Shown here: one piece after another, positions 39,465 through 49,505 of the stretch
Layout: every line of letters starts with the position of its first letter
How positions within the stretch are numbered: position 1 is the stretch's first letter
Assembly (NCBI GenBank): GCA_021799085.1
Contig: JAJZBD010000006.1
Coordinates: 13,477 to 77,476, forward strand
Length of the DNA stretch: 64,000 nucleotides
Reading direction: 5' to 3'
Source: Nanobdellota archaeon
Lineage (GTDB): Archaea > Nanobdellota > Nanobdellia > Parvarchaeales > Parvarchaeaceae
Notes under the pieces: model-generated
Databases searched by the model: none
Told to the model about the DNA's origin: nothing
Seen by the model: only the letters and a program-made list of their open reading frames with translations
Translations under genes and position numbers: made by a program

Positions 39465-39932
39465 ATGGAATGCGTATTCTGCAGTGAAACTACTTTGAAT
39501 ATAGAAAAATTCTACGAAGATGAGAACTTTATAGCTATATATAATATTAGACCGGTAGTCAAAGGCCACTGCCTTGTGATACCGAAAAGGCACATTGAAA
39601 GCATGATTGAATTGAATGAAAACGAAAGGAAGGACTTTATCTCCTTTTCAAACAGGGCCGTATTCATTGCACTAAAGTATGCAAATACAAATGACCTTGA
39701 TTTCCTTCTGCAAAAAGGAGAAAACGCAGGACAGAGCATAAAGCACTTGCATTTCCACATTATGCCTAGGAAAAGAAACGACAGCCTTGGAGTAAACAAG
39801 GACAAGTTCTTTCAGTCCTTTGCCGAAAAGGAAAACACTGTAAAGACATTGACAAATGATGAAATGAAAGCAGTCGTAAATGATTTAAGAAGCATAGCAG
39901 AAAAGCACAGAATGCAGATAAATGAGCTATAA
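39465..39932 (+). CDS. HIT family hydrolase
   Basis: MECVFC, GHCLVIPKRH, AGQSIKHLHFHIMPR. Confidence 0.94.
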   Translation: MECVFCSETTLNIEKFYEDENFIAIYNIRPVVKGHCLVIPKRHIESMIELNENERKDFISFSNRAVFIALKYANTNDLDFLLQKGENAGQSIKHLHFHIMPRKRNDSLGVNKDKFFQSFAEKENTVKTLTNDEMKAVVNDLRSIAEKHRMQINEL

Positions 39933-39968
39933 GTTAAGTATTTATACTACTTTTAATCAGTAAAATTA

Positions 39969-40277
39969 ATGGATTTTCAAAAAAGGCAGGAACTTGAAAG
40001 GATCTTAAGCAACGGTAATACTCCGTTAAGGATAAACGACAGCACGGCAAGTGAAATCTACAGAATGTACAACAAGGACGGAAACTATTTCAATAGGGTT
40101 AAAAAGGCAGTGGAGAGGATATGCTATAACCCAGAGCAAAGTGAAAAACTGACTGGCAGATTAAGAGGGTACAGGAGCAAGCATGTCGGCAGTAAGGTGA
40201 TAATATTCAGTTATGACAGACAAGAAGGCGTATACATAAAGAGACTTGATGAGCATGATTCTGCATACGGAATATAA
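39969..40277 (+). CDS. RelE/ParE-superfamily toxin-like protein, no adjacent antitoxin
   Basis: RVKKAVERI...NPE...LTGRLRGYRSKHVG...HDSAY. Confidence 0.8.
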   Translation: MDFQKRQELERILSNGNTPLRINDSTASEIYRMYNKDGNYFNRVKKAVERICYNPEQSEKLTGRLRGYRSKHVGSKVIIFSYDRQEGVYIKRLDEHDSAYGI

Positions 40278-40313
40278 ACTATAAAAACATATAACCAATA
40301 AAATTGATAAAGC

Positions 40314-41336
40314 ATGATGAAAAATTACGTTGTAATACCAACATACAAGGAAGTTGATAATCTTAAGGAACTGCTGCCCCTTCTTACTGAATACAGTGTT
40401 GTAATAGTTGATGACAATTCGCTTGACGGAACGGAAAGGCTCTGCAGCAAGTACAAAAACGTGAAGCTTATAGTGAGGAAAGGGAAAAGAGGTTTAGCAT
40501 CTGCAGTTATAGAGGGTGTATTATCAATAAAAGAAAAAGATGCAAAGGTTGTTGTCATGGATGCGGATTTCCAGCATGACCCTAAAAAACTGCCTGATTT
40601 TTTTAATGCATTGGATAAAAACGGCTTTGTCTACGGCGCAAGAAACAGGCTAAACATGCCATTTTACAGAAAAATAATCTCCAAAACGGCAAAGGGCTTG
40701 GCAAACATACTGGTGCCTGAAACTAAAGCAGTAAGTGACCCTATGTCTGGCTACTTTGGCTTCAGATTAAACGCCGTAAATATTGATAAAGTAAAACCGA
40801 TAGGCTACAAGATAATGCTTGAATTCATCGTTAACCTAAAGCCAAATGAAAGCATAAAAGAAGTGAAATATGATTTCAGGGAAAGGAAATTTGGAAGCTC
40901 CAAACTTGGCTTTAAAGTAATAATCGATTACATAAAGCAGGTTTTAAGATTAAACAACTACAGGGTCTTGATTTTTGCGCTTGTAGGACTTTCTGGCGTA
41001 TTGGTCAATGAAGGAATTGCATTTTTGCTGCACCCCTATCTGCCACTTTATCTGGTGTTTTTAGTGTCTGCTGAATCATCAGTGCTTACAAACTTTATGC
41101 TCAACCACAACTTCACATTCCATAGGAGGGTAAAGTTTACAAAGGCGCTACCAAGGTATAACCTAATAGCACTTGCAGGCCTTTTGATAAACGTAGGAGT
41201 AGCTTTATATCTTTCTATGTTCATAGAGTATTTGCTAGCAAACTTTTTTGGGATTTTGATAGCGTTTATTTTCAATTATTCGCTTTCTGAAACGGTAGCA
41301 TGGAGCAACATTACAAATTATCATGAAAAAAAATAA
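40314..41336 (+). CDS. Dolichol-phosphate-sugar synthase (GT2) with GtrA domain
   Basis: VVIPTYKE, VDDNSLDGT, MDADFQH, DPMSGYF, GYKI, GSSKL; C-terminal four-TM GtrA. Confidence 0.92.
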   Translation: MMKNYVVIPTYKEVDNLKELLPLLTEYSVVIVDDNSLDGTERLCSKYKNVKLIVRKGKRGLASAVIEGVLSIKEKDAKVVVMDADFQHDPKKLPDFFNALDKNGFVYGARNRLNMPFYRKIISKTAKGLANILVPETKAVSDPMSGYFGFRLNAVNIDKVKPIGYKIMLEFIVNLKPNESIKEVKYDFRERKFGSSKLGFKVIIDYIKQVLRLNNYRVLIFALVGLSGVLVNEGIAFLLHPYLPLYLVFLVSAESSVLTNFMLNHNFTFHRRVKFTKALPRYNLIALAGLLINVGVALYLSMFIEYLLANFFGILIAFIFNYSLSETVAWSNITNYHEKK

Positions 41337-42831
41337 AAGTCACGGCAAGTTTGATGTAAAGACTATAGGCAAGTACTACTCCATATTCTCAGATTTCATA
41401 TATAAAAACAGAAAGTTTGTGATTCTTTCTCTCTTTATAGCGCTTTCCGTTTTCTTCTCTCTTGAATTTTATTACATAAGGATATGGGATTACCTTGTCA
41501 GGATAATGGATGCACAGTTCTTTTTCCATGGCGGAACGTATTTTGAGATACCAAGAGCAATACTTGAAAGCGTGATAATAGGTTTATACGGCTTTGTGAT
41601 GGGCCCGCTTGCAATATACGGCTTCATAATAACTGCCACTGTGATATTCTTTCTTGCAGTTTACGACTTCTCAAAGGCCTTCAAGCTGAAAATGCTTCTT
41701 GTTTTGCTGATACTGATGAACCCTTACATAATATTCTACACCATGCAGGCAGGCTCTGAGCTTATGGTTTTTTCCTTCCTAATTCTTTTCGTTGCAGAAG
41801 TAAAAAGAGGTAGGGCGTTTTATGCCGGCCTTTTCTTCGTACTTGCTTTCCTTTCAAAGTACTATGCAATATTCTTCATAATTCTTGCTTTGTTCCTTAT
41901 AAATAAGGACCTTAGAAAGAGCTTGGAGAGGATTCTTGTGTTTATCGGCTCCGGTTTATTGTTCATCTCTCCATATTTCGCTTACAATCTTATATTCTTC
42001 CATAATTTCATATACAGTTTTGCTTCATCTGTAAAGGAAAATGCCGCTGGTGGCCTTGTTCCTGCTCTGCCTTCAAATTTCCTTTACATAATGTTGGAAT
42101 TTGCATTTCTTGCCGCAGTTATAGCTATTGTTGTGATAAGGAGCTTCCTTTTCAAAACGAAAGAAAGAACGCATTGGCTCAGTTTCAAAAATAAGGGGCT
42201 AATGCTTTTAATTGTTGCATTTCTCATAGGAGCTTACATATTCGGAACTAGTGCTCACAGCCTGGGAGGAGGGTATAGATTTGTATTGGGTGCAGTCATC
42301 TTCTTAACGCTTATTGTGAGTCTTGCCCTAAGCAAAAAGGACACAGGTTGGATGTTTGCACTGGCAGTAATAGGTATAATATTTGCTATTTTCATATTAA
42401 TGTCGTTTGCTGACGACGGGCATATAAACAAAGTGGAGATGCAGAATGCTATATCATTATTTAAATCCGTATACAATACAACAAACTGCACAGTTCAATC
42501 TAATCAATGGGTGGAGCTGAACTACTATGGGTTAAGTGCCACATATCCGCTTTACAATCAAACTGCAAACACTGAATACCCAATACTGAATTTCGGTCCG
42601 ATAAACACAACTTACCCCTTGATAAAGGAAGAGGATAACATCTACCTTTATGGGTACAGCACATGCAAGTACACGCCTCCAATTAAATTGCCGGGTTACT
42701 TCTACTACAGAATAAACCAGTCGAGGTCTGATCCAAGCTTGGCCTGCAGTTACCTCTCCGAAAGGACATTCAATTTTGTAGGACAGGCATGCAATGACGT
42801 TAACAATCTTTTCTTAAAATTGATTAATTGA
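41323..42831 (+). CDS. GT-C fold membrane glycosyltransferase (ArnT/PMT-like)
   Basis: About 12 TM helices; WD after TM1, NPY...SE, AFLSKY; Cys-containing extracellular tail; coupled to the DPM-like gene. Confidence 0.75.
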   Translation: MKKNKSHGKFDVKTIGKYYSIFSDFIYKNRKFVILSLFIALSVFFSLEFYYIRIWDYLVRIMDAQFFFHGGTYFEIPRAILESVIIGLYGFVMGPLAIYGFIITATVIFFLAVYDFSKAFKLKMLLVLLILMNPYIIFYTMQAGSELMVFSFLILFVAEVKRGRAFYAGLFFVLAFLSKYYAIFFIILALFLINKDLRKSLERILVFIGSGLLFISPYFAYNLIFFHNFIYSFASSVKENAAGGLVPALPSNFLYIMLEFAFLAAVIAIVVIRSFLFKTKERTHWLSFKNKGLMLLIVAFLIGAYIFGTSAHSLGGGYRFVLGAVIFLTLIVSLALSKKDTGWMFALAVIGIIFAIFILMSFADDGHINKVEMQNAISLFKSVYNTTNCTVQSNQWVELNYYGLSATYPLYNQTANTEYPILNFGPINTTYPLIKEEDNIYLYGYSTCKYTPPIKLPGYFYYRINQSRSDPSLACSYLSERTFNFVGQACNDVNNLFLKLIN

Positions 42832-42851
42832 CTTGCGTTCTTTTAATACAG

Positions 42852-43562
42852 CTAAGAATTGCATATTGACATGTTGTCTAAATATTTGCACGCGTCATTT
42901 ATTATCTGACTTGTCGTCAAATAGCCTTTTATCACATACTTGCCATCTATTACCAATGTTGGGTAAGTTGTGATATTGTAAACCTTCTGCAAAGCATAAA
43001 CCTCATTTATATTAAGCCCTGTTTCTATTACGGTTGGCAGGAAAGTGTAATTTGATTCCTGTGACACTACAGCAAGCTCCTGCCCCTCCTCTCCGCAGGT
43101 TATGCAAACTGAATTTGGATAAAACATCAATGCAGTCTCTATGCTATGACCGCAGTCTGCGTATATCTTGTTTGAAAGTATCCAGTAGTTAAGCCTTAGG
43201 TAAGCCAGCTGTATGCCTATGCTTGCATACTGCGGCGGCAATGGGTAACCGCTCTTTGCTCCAGAGAGCTCGGAGTATATATTAGAAAGTTCCTGACTGA
43301 CTGTTCCAAGCCCTGCCTGAATCAAAGGACAGGAGAAAGAGCTATTTGAGCTTATTGAAGCTGTAAGTATCAGTGACTCAAGATTTGCCTGATCCTGATT
43401 TATGCTATTTACTATTGGAGAGACCTTAAGCTCCGCGGCAATGTATCCAAATATGAAGGATAAGCCTATTATTATTGCTACTATGAGAATGCTTACAAGC
43501 AATTTTGTCTTCCTGCTTACAAGCACGTGATTCACTGCTTTCCGTTTAGCTCTTCGTTCCAT
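42852..43562 (-). CDS. Membrane-anchored protein with C-terminal thioredoxin-like fold
   Basis: N-terminal TM; MFY...CITC...YNITTYPTLVIDG...GY cis-Pro pattern. Confidence 0.7.
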   Translation of the reverse strand: MERRAKRKAVNHVLVSRKTKLLVSILIVAIIIGLSFIFGYIAAELKVSPIVNSINQDQANLESLILTASISSNSSFSCPLIQAGLGTVSQELSNIYSELSGAKSGYPLPPQYASIGIQLAYLRLNYWILSNKIYADCGHSIETALMFYPNSVCITCGEEGQELAVVSQESNYTFLPTVIETGLNINEVYALQKVYNITTYPTLVIDGKYVIKGYLTTSQIINDACKYLDNMSICNS

Positions 43563-44808
43563 TCGATTTATTTATTAATCTCAATGAATTTAAAAAGCCT
43601 GCAGTCCATGCGATTGCAAGCAAGTAACCATAAATTAGTATGAAAATCATCGACCAGAAGCCGTCCTTTACTATCGACACCTTCTTGTTTATGTTCTTTA
43701 GGATGTAAAACATGGAATAGATCGCTATGATTACTGTTATTATGCCTATGAAGGAAAGCTCATTAAAGCTGAATAGGAAGTTCACAAAAGACTGATAACT
43801 CAGCGTAAACTTCAATCCCACCTGCGACAGCTGGAAAATCAATTTTGATAAATACAAATATATATAGTACCCTAAAAGTGGAAGCGCTAAGAGAGACAAA
43901 CCTGAAGAGATAAGTATCAATGAAATAGTTCCTCTGTCTATGTTCTCATCCTCTCTTTTCACAACCAGCTGCTTCCTGTATTTTATCATGTTGAAAAAAG
44001 AACCTGAGTACCATCTAAATCTTTGCTTCATCAACGCAGGTATGGTTTTTGGCGGCAAGGTATAAGAAATTGCATCTAGCCTGTTCTCTATTCTGTAGCC
44101 GTGTATTAACATCCTCATCGTAAGTTCCATGTCTTCTGTTATGTTGTTTTCATCGTAGTAGCCTGCTTTCTCAAGAGCTTTTCTGTTTATCAATGATCCG
44201 GGACCTGGTGCTACAAGAAGCGTGCTGAGCATGCTAAGCCCTTTCCTCAATGCTATATTGAACAAATATTCATATTTTTGTATCATCTCCAACGGCTTCT
44301 TCGGCTTGTAAATCAACATAGAAGGTGCAACTATGCCAACAGACTTTTTCTCAAAGAAGGGAATGACAAGCTTGTTTATCAGGTTTTTATCTATAACAGA
44401 ATCTGCATCCAGGCTCAGGATAAACTTCTCGTCTTTCAACTTGTTTTTTATGACGTAGTTCATTACCCTGCTTTTTCCGTTTAAATGTGTGTCTACAACA
44501 GTTATGTTTCTGTTCTTGAATGAGTATGCAGTCTTTCTTGTTAGCTTGTCTGTCCTTTCATTCAACCCTATGTATATGTTGTACTTGCCCTTTGGGTAAT
44601 TCGAGTTCAATACACTGTCAACTGAATTCCTAAGGAACTTGCCTTCAAAAAGAGTTGGTATAACAACAGCAACCTTTGGATAGTTCTTTATCTTGATCTT
44701 GTTGCTTTCACTGTCAAACGTCTCAAAATAAACGATAAGCCAGAATATGACTGTAAGAAGCAGCATCGACATCAGTACATAGGAAAGCACACTATCAAAA
44801 ACATCCAT
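43546..44808 (-). CDS. Processive GT2 (cellulose/PNAG synthase-like)
   Basis: LDAD, GPG, ITED, QRFRW (D,D,D,QxxRW signature); TM helices at both ends; ATG 44808 preferred. Confidence 0.9.
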   Translation of the reverse strand: MDVFDSVLSYVLMSMLLLTVIFWLIVYFETFDSESNKIKIKNYPKVAVVIPTLFEGKFLRNSVDSVLNSNYPKGKYNIYIGLNERTDKLTRKTAYSFKNRNITVVDTHLNGKSRVMNYVIKNKLKDEKFILSLDADSVIDKNLINKLVIPFFEKKSVGIVAPSMLIYKPKKPLEMIQKYEYLFNIALRKGLSMLSTLLVAPGPGSLINRKALEKAGYYDENNITEDMELTMRMLIHGYRIENRLDAISYTLPPKTIPALMKQRFRWYSGSFFNMIKYRKQLVVKREDENIDRGTISLILISSGLSLLALPLLGYYIYLYLSKLIFQLSQVGLKFTLSYQSFVNFLFSFNELSFIGIITVIIAIYSMFYILKNINKKVSIVKDGFWSMIFILIYGYLLAIAWTAGFLNSLRLINKSNGTKS

Positions 44809-44869
44809 AGGATATAATAAAGAGATTACATTTATATAAATGTAGATTACTGCAGGATCTACCAAATCA

Positions 44870-46081
44870 TTAAATATTGTAGCTTAAATTTCCGAAAAGC
44901 TTAAGCAAAACAACAGTCGCATACGAGCCTTTTTTAAGATCGAATTTTATTATTGCATTTTCTTCATTTCTTTCAATAGAGAAGTTCTCCACCTCTAGAA
45001 TAGATGGACGCTGGAAAACCTTCAGGCTTGCCTCAGGCATACTTTCTATTTTTAGAATTTTTAAGTCATTTATTCCTTCCTCTGACATTACCTCTTTTAT
45101 TATCTGGCTTATATTATCACTTCCAAGCTCCATTGAAAAGCCTACAACAGGTATTTCCTTTGGTAGGTTCTCCATGCCATATCTTTCTATTGCCCTACTG
45201 AGCGTTTTATTGAATATGAAGTATTGCATAGATTGAAGAATCAATAGCCTTGCATATTTTGGCATGGTTCTTATCGCGCCTATGTAGTCATTCTTGTGCT
45301 GCAGCAGGTATTTCAGTGATTCCCTTTCAAAATACAACGAATGCGGAAGCTTTGACAGCACTTCTTCCGTAGAAGTTTTGTCTATTCTTCTTCCTTCTAA
45401 ATAATCTGAGAATGCTTCTCTCAATAAAACACGGCTTTCCGCAGCGGCTTTTGATTCCGTTCTTTCATTTAAAACCATTGTCTTAAATGCTTCCTTAAAT
45501 TCCTGTTTTAGTATATGCCTGGAGATTTCTATGTTCAGGGATGAAGCTCCAAACCTTTGCGGCCCATAAAAATTAGGTAGCTTGCTTATTTCTTTAGGTA
45601 TACTTTCTATATCAACAGTTGAATCAAAATTCCTGACAAATACAGTGAAACTATTTCCGTATAGTTTTCCAATCTTGCATGGCTCATTGCTGTAGGCTAC
45701 ATCTCTTGCGAACATTCTTTCGGAGTTTATGTTAAGTCTTTCTGGATCTAACTTGAATATAGTTATCCTTTGCGAAGTCAATGCCCTCTTGTCCTTATTC
45801 CCATTGTAGGCTATCCTTTTGAAGCTTATATGCATATTTCTTGAAAGAATCTTTACAGCTTCCGGTGTTGAAATGCCCCTCTTCACTAAAGTAAACGACA
45901 GGTAATCCTTCTTTTCATTTAACGGTTTCTTTTCCTCTTCTTTCTCCAAGCCCAATATGCTCCCGTCTTCTTCTATTTCCTGGACCTTGAAATCTTCCTC
46001 TCTTTCAAACAAGCTTCCTTTTATATTATATGAATGGAAATTTTCTATGCCTATCTGTTCAAGCGTTAGCATCCTGATCAA
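44870..46081 (-). CDS. truD: tRNA pseudouridine(13) synthase
   Basis: EDFKVQE, GNKDKRALTSQ, GNSF, PNFYGPQRFG, LKKGSYAT. Confidence 0.95.
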   Translation of the reverse strand: MIRMLTLEQIGIENFHSYNIKGSLFEREEDFKVQEIEEDGSILGLEKEEEKKPLNEKKDYLSFTLVKRGISTPEAVKILSRNMHISFKRIAYNGNKDKRALTSQRITIFKLDPERLNINSERMFARDVAYSNEPCKIGKLYGNSFTVFVRNFDSTVDIESIPKEISKLPNFYGPQRFGASSLNIEISRHILKQEFKEAFKTMVLNERTESKAAAESRVLLREAFSDYLEGRRIDKTSTEEVLSKLPHSLYFERESLKYLLQHKNDYIGAIRTMPKYARLLILQSMQYFIFNKTLSRAIERYGMENLPKEIPVVGFSMELGSDNISQIIKEVMSEEGINDLKILKIESMPEASLKVFQRPSILEVENFSIERNEENAIIKFDLKKGSYATVVLLKLFGNLSYNI

Positions 46082-46500
46082 CCTAAGTCAACCTTAAAGC
46101 ACATTCCAGTAGCTAGAACTTGGTTTGGCTTGAAAGCATCGCACATGAAACTGACTGTATTAGATGACTGCGGACCGCTGTACTGACATGCAGTTGAATA
46201 ATAGCAGTAAAGGACTGCTCCGCAGCCTAATTTTATCTTGCTTGAGTTTACGGACGTGTAATTTTGCATGCATGTAGAAGAGTTTGCTGCTACTTCCCTT
46301 GTAAGTTCTTGACCGTATGCCGCTGCCTCTGCATCTAATTTTGCTAGGTCTTTTTGCTGAGATACATGATTCAACGAAACTGCTATAAAGTAAACAAGGA
46401 CTGCAATCACTACGAAAAATACTGCTGCCGCTATCAGCTGCTTGTTCACTCTTTTCTTTTCTCTTTCCTCTTTTTTTATTATCAACTTCATAAGTATCAC
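46078..46500 (-). CDS. Membrane-anchored protein with a six-Cys extracellular domain
   Basis: Basic N-terminus, one TM helix, six Cys in the C-terminal 65 aa. Confidence 0.7.
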   Translation of the reverse strand: MILMKLIIKKEEREKKRVNKQLIAAAVFFVVIAVLVYFIAVSLNHVSQQKDLAKLDAEAAAYGQELTREVAANSSTCMQNYTSVNSSKIKLGCGAVLYCYYSTACQYSGPQSSNTVSFMCDAFKPNQVLATGMCFKVDLG

Positions 46501-46536
46501 TAGACTAATAAAGAAAACAAGAATTTATAAAACTAT

Positions 46537-46574
46537 AAAAAAACAAAAAAGACAAAAAGGGAGGAAAACCCCCC
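46537..46574 (-). terminator. Hairpin plus U-tract terminator of the S-layer gene
   Basis: Minus strand GGGGGG-TTTT-CCTCCC followed by TTTTTGTCTTTTTTGTTTTTTT, 25 nt after the stop. Confidence 0.75.
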
Positions 46575-46599
46575 AACTTATTTCTTAATGTAAGGTTTT

Positions 46600-49329
46600 T
46601 CAGCTGCTGCTGTTCACTATCTTAACACCAGTATAGCTTGCGGTTGCGGTACTAAGGACTACCTTATTACCTGTCAATGGAACAACTGGCTGACCTATCA
46701 GCGACTCTGAAAGCACTTGTGCTGCCTCAAGAGTGTTGTTTCCGTAGTAACCTGCTACTAGCAATGCTGGCTGGTTGCCGAATTCTGAAACATTGTTGAA
46801 CAATTCAATCATTGCTTCATTTGGACCAACTCCTGTCTCGTTTATGAACTGCGAAAGTGGTGTGCTTGCAGTCATGTTAAGCAAGTCTCCTGCTAAGCTG
46901 TTAACTGCTGGACCTCCCATAACTATCACTGGAACGTCGTTTGTGCTTCCCACAAATTCAGTGTCAAGTATTGCCATGTTAGGGTTGCTGTCAACGCCTG
47001 AAGCGCTTATCGTTGAAACGCCGCTTATTCCCAACAGCTTACCTGCTGAAACAGTCTGTCCAATCGAGTAATTTGTAACTCCACTCACAACCTGTGAACC
47101 GGCTACTGCTAAAGTGTAGTTCTCTGTTGGTACCATTAGAGTCGCAGTTCCCTTACTTGACGCATTATCATATGTCTTTATTGAACCAGGGTAATTCACT
47201 TTGGTTCCCCACATGTCAGCAGACATGTTCTTTACGTCTGTAAAGTATGTCGTGAAGCTGTTAGAGTTTTCTCCGATTGGAATCGAAACTGTACTGCCAG
47301 TTGGTTCAGTATAAACAAGTGCATTGTTCGAAAAGGAAATGCTTCCCAGCTCTTTTGTCAAGCTAAGCTTGCTAATTGAAGCACCTTCATTGTTGTAAAT
47401 CGCGTTTACGCCTGGCAACATTGAATAAGTTGAGCTATTACCAGGAGCAAATGTCAAACTCGGGCCTGTAAGCACCGGTTCTATAACTTTAACTGTCTCA
47501 TGAGCAACCGTAGTAGTATTACTCGTTGAAGTTAACGTTATAGACACTAAGTTCAATGTCAAGTTGTATCCATCTAGATTGTATATTTTGCTAGTGTTTA
47601 TAGGTGTAGCTGTGGTTGGTGGCGTTGTACTGTTGTAAATTGCAAATACAGTAGCATTGTAGACTAAACCAGTACCTATTAAACTACCATTTACTCCAGG
47701 CTGGAAGTCTCCTTTAAACACAACTGGAGTAAAGTCAAACATGAAGTCTTTGCCATTTGGAAGCTCATATACGAAGTTAACTGTGTTTTTGTTTGGGTTG
47801 CTAACGACATTGTCTGCTGGACCACTAGTTTCATTGTAGTACACGTTTGCTGATCCATTAAGCTTTGTGCCAACGAACGTTGGTATTGATTTATAATAAT
47901 ACGTAGCGTGTGTTGGTGTCGGATAAATGTACTCAGATGAGCCATTTATGTAGTCTGGGTGCGAAAATGTTCCGTTATTGTAAACGCTGTAGTGTTCTAG
48001 ATAAAAGTCCGGTGAACTGTACAAGTTTGAAGGCGCAACCTGTGTTGATCCTCTAAAGTCGGTACCGAATGAAACACCCGGTAAGGCTTGTGAATAGTTC
48101 AAAGCGATTAGATTTTCTGATGTGCTATTAGTTAAACTAGCAGGCGTAAGTGTATCACTCTTAGCTGTACCCGTAGTAATCGTTAAATTTAGTCCCTCAT
48201 TGTACACGGGGGTTAAAGGCTCAAGGTCTAGTACTGTCAAGTTCTCAGGGAAGTTGAAAGTACTTACATTCTTGAAGTTGTAGTTAAGCATTCCACTCTT
48301 CGTGTTTGTCAATAGAAATGCATCGCTACTGTTGGTCACGTTCAATGTAGTCAAGCCAGAAAATGTGGCCGCGCTGTTATTTATCCTCTGTGTCAAGCTT
48401 ATGCTTGAAACTTCCAATGACTTAAGGAACTCTGTCCCATTTGAGTACTTGAACAAGCCAGTAGGTGTAAGAGTAACTGGACCTACTTTTGTGGCTACTC
48501 CAAGATTTATATACTGGGTTGCACCACCATTCACGCTAACCTCTACCTGACTCTCTGCAGGATCAGCTAAGTTTTGTACTCCACCCAATAAATCAACAGA
48601 ATTTCCTGCTACCGTCAAAACTGTAGGCATTGCTACAGAGGTAAATGATTCAGAAGCACCGAATGAGGCGTTGTCTTTATTTATTATGAGCAAAGAATCC
48701 TTTGCGTTTCCGAAGAAGAATGAGGCATTCGCTAAACCAACAGTATCATTTAATGGAACTGCATTTGTTAAGCCCAATGTTATTTTATTGCCGTTAGCGC
48801 TCCTATTGGTTATGAATGACTCTAATTCATAGCTACCAGCTGGAAGCTCCACGTTCAATCCATTAAATTCTGGAGCTTTCGAAGTAAATGTAAGGTTCTC
48901 TACAGATGTGTAATTTATACCCTTTGAAGTGAAGTTCTCAGCTGCTAAATTAATCGATGATGGGCTAAATCCAGTAAATGCCGTTGCGTTTGCTGCTAAA
49001 ACTGAAGAAGTCTGTGCCCTCGATTTCAATGCCAAAGTTCCTATTGATATCTGTCCACTGACTGTTGAAGAGTGAGTTGCTGCTGCAGCTGCTGATAATG
49101 CCGCTGATATGTCAATTGCACCCAATACGTCGGTTGGTTTTGCAGTTGCTCCAACTACGAAGACTGCGTTAACGTGTCCATTGCTAAGAAATGGATTTGC
49201 GCTTGTTGGGCCCAAATTTGATAGACCGGCTGCAAATACGCTTGCCATCCCTAATGTTGCTCCTAAGAAAAGAGCTCCTGTTGCTACTGCTGCTATTTTC
49301 TTTACATTCCTTACTAATTTCGCTTTCAT
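46600..49329 (-). CDS. S-layer glycoprotein
   Basis: VKKIAAVATGALFLGATL signal; VVG-x-x-A-x-x-x-DVLGAIDI N-domain; VIVMGGPAVN...LLVAG C-domain; many NxS/T; SD GTGAGGT. Confidence 0.9.
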   Translation of the reverse strand: MKAKLVRNVKKIAAVATGALFLGATLGMASVFAAGLSNLGPTSANPFLSNGHVNAVFVVGATAKPTDVLGAIDISAALSAAAAATHSSTVSGQISIGTLALKSRAQTSSVLAANATAFTGFSPSSINLAAENFTSKGINYTSVENLTFTSKAPEFNGLNVELPAGSYELESFITNRSANGNKITLGLTNAVPLNDTVGLANASFFFGNAKDSLLIINKDNASFGASESFTSVAMPTVLTVAGNSVDLLGGVQNLADPAESQVEVSVNGGATQYINLGVATKVGPVTLTPTGLFKYSNGTEFLKSLEVSSISLTQRINNSAATFSGLTTLNVTNSSDAFLLTNTKSGMLNYNFKNVSTFNFPENLTVLDLEPLTPVYNEGLNLTITTGTAKSDTLTPASLTNSTSENLIALNYSQALPGVSFGTDFRGSTQVAPSNLYSSPDFYLEHYSVYNNGTFSHPDYINGSSEYIYPTPTHATYYYKSIPTFVGTKLNGSANVYYNETSGPADNVVSNPNKNTVNFVYELPNGKDFMFDFTPVVFKGDFQPGVNGSLIGTGLVYNATVFAIYNSTTPPTTATPINTSKIYNLDGYNLTLNLVSITLTSTSNTTTVAHETVKVIEPVLTGPSLTFAPGNSSTYSMLPGVNAIYNNEGASISKLSLTKELGSISFSNNALVYTEPTGSTVSIPIGENSNSFTTYFTDVKNMSADMWGTKVNYPGSIKTYDNASSKGTATLMVPTENYTLAVAGSQVVSGVTNYSIGQTVSAGKLLGISGVSTISASGVDSNPNMAILDTEFVGSTNDVPVIVMGGPAVNSLAGDLLNMTASTPLSQFINETGVGPNEAMIELFNNVSEFGNQPALLVAGYYGNNTLEAAQVLSESLIGQPVVPLTGNKVVLSTATASYTGVKIVNSSS

Positions 49330-49331
49330 GT

Positions 49332-49424
49332 TTACCTCACATTTTACTCGGACTTAACTTATTTTAAGTGTCTAAGGCTTTGATGCCTTAACGATTTAAT
49401 AAATTAGGTATTTAAAAAGGTTTC
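49332..49424 (-). promoter_or_regulatory. S-layer promoter and structured 5' UTR
   Basis: Minus strand GAAACC-TTTTTAAATA (BRE/TATA, 49424-49409); inverted repeats TAAGGC/GCCTTA (49373-49390) and ACTTAA/TTAAGT (49352-49369); SD GTGAGGT. Confidence 0.6.
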
Positions 49425-49505
49425 TATTTTTATTCTTTACCAATTTTGAGTGAAAAATACTTTATTTTTCACTTGCATTGACATCGAATAAAGGCAAAAA
49501 GCCAT

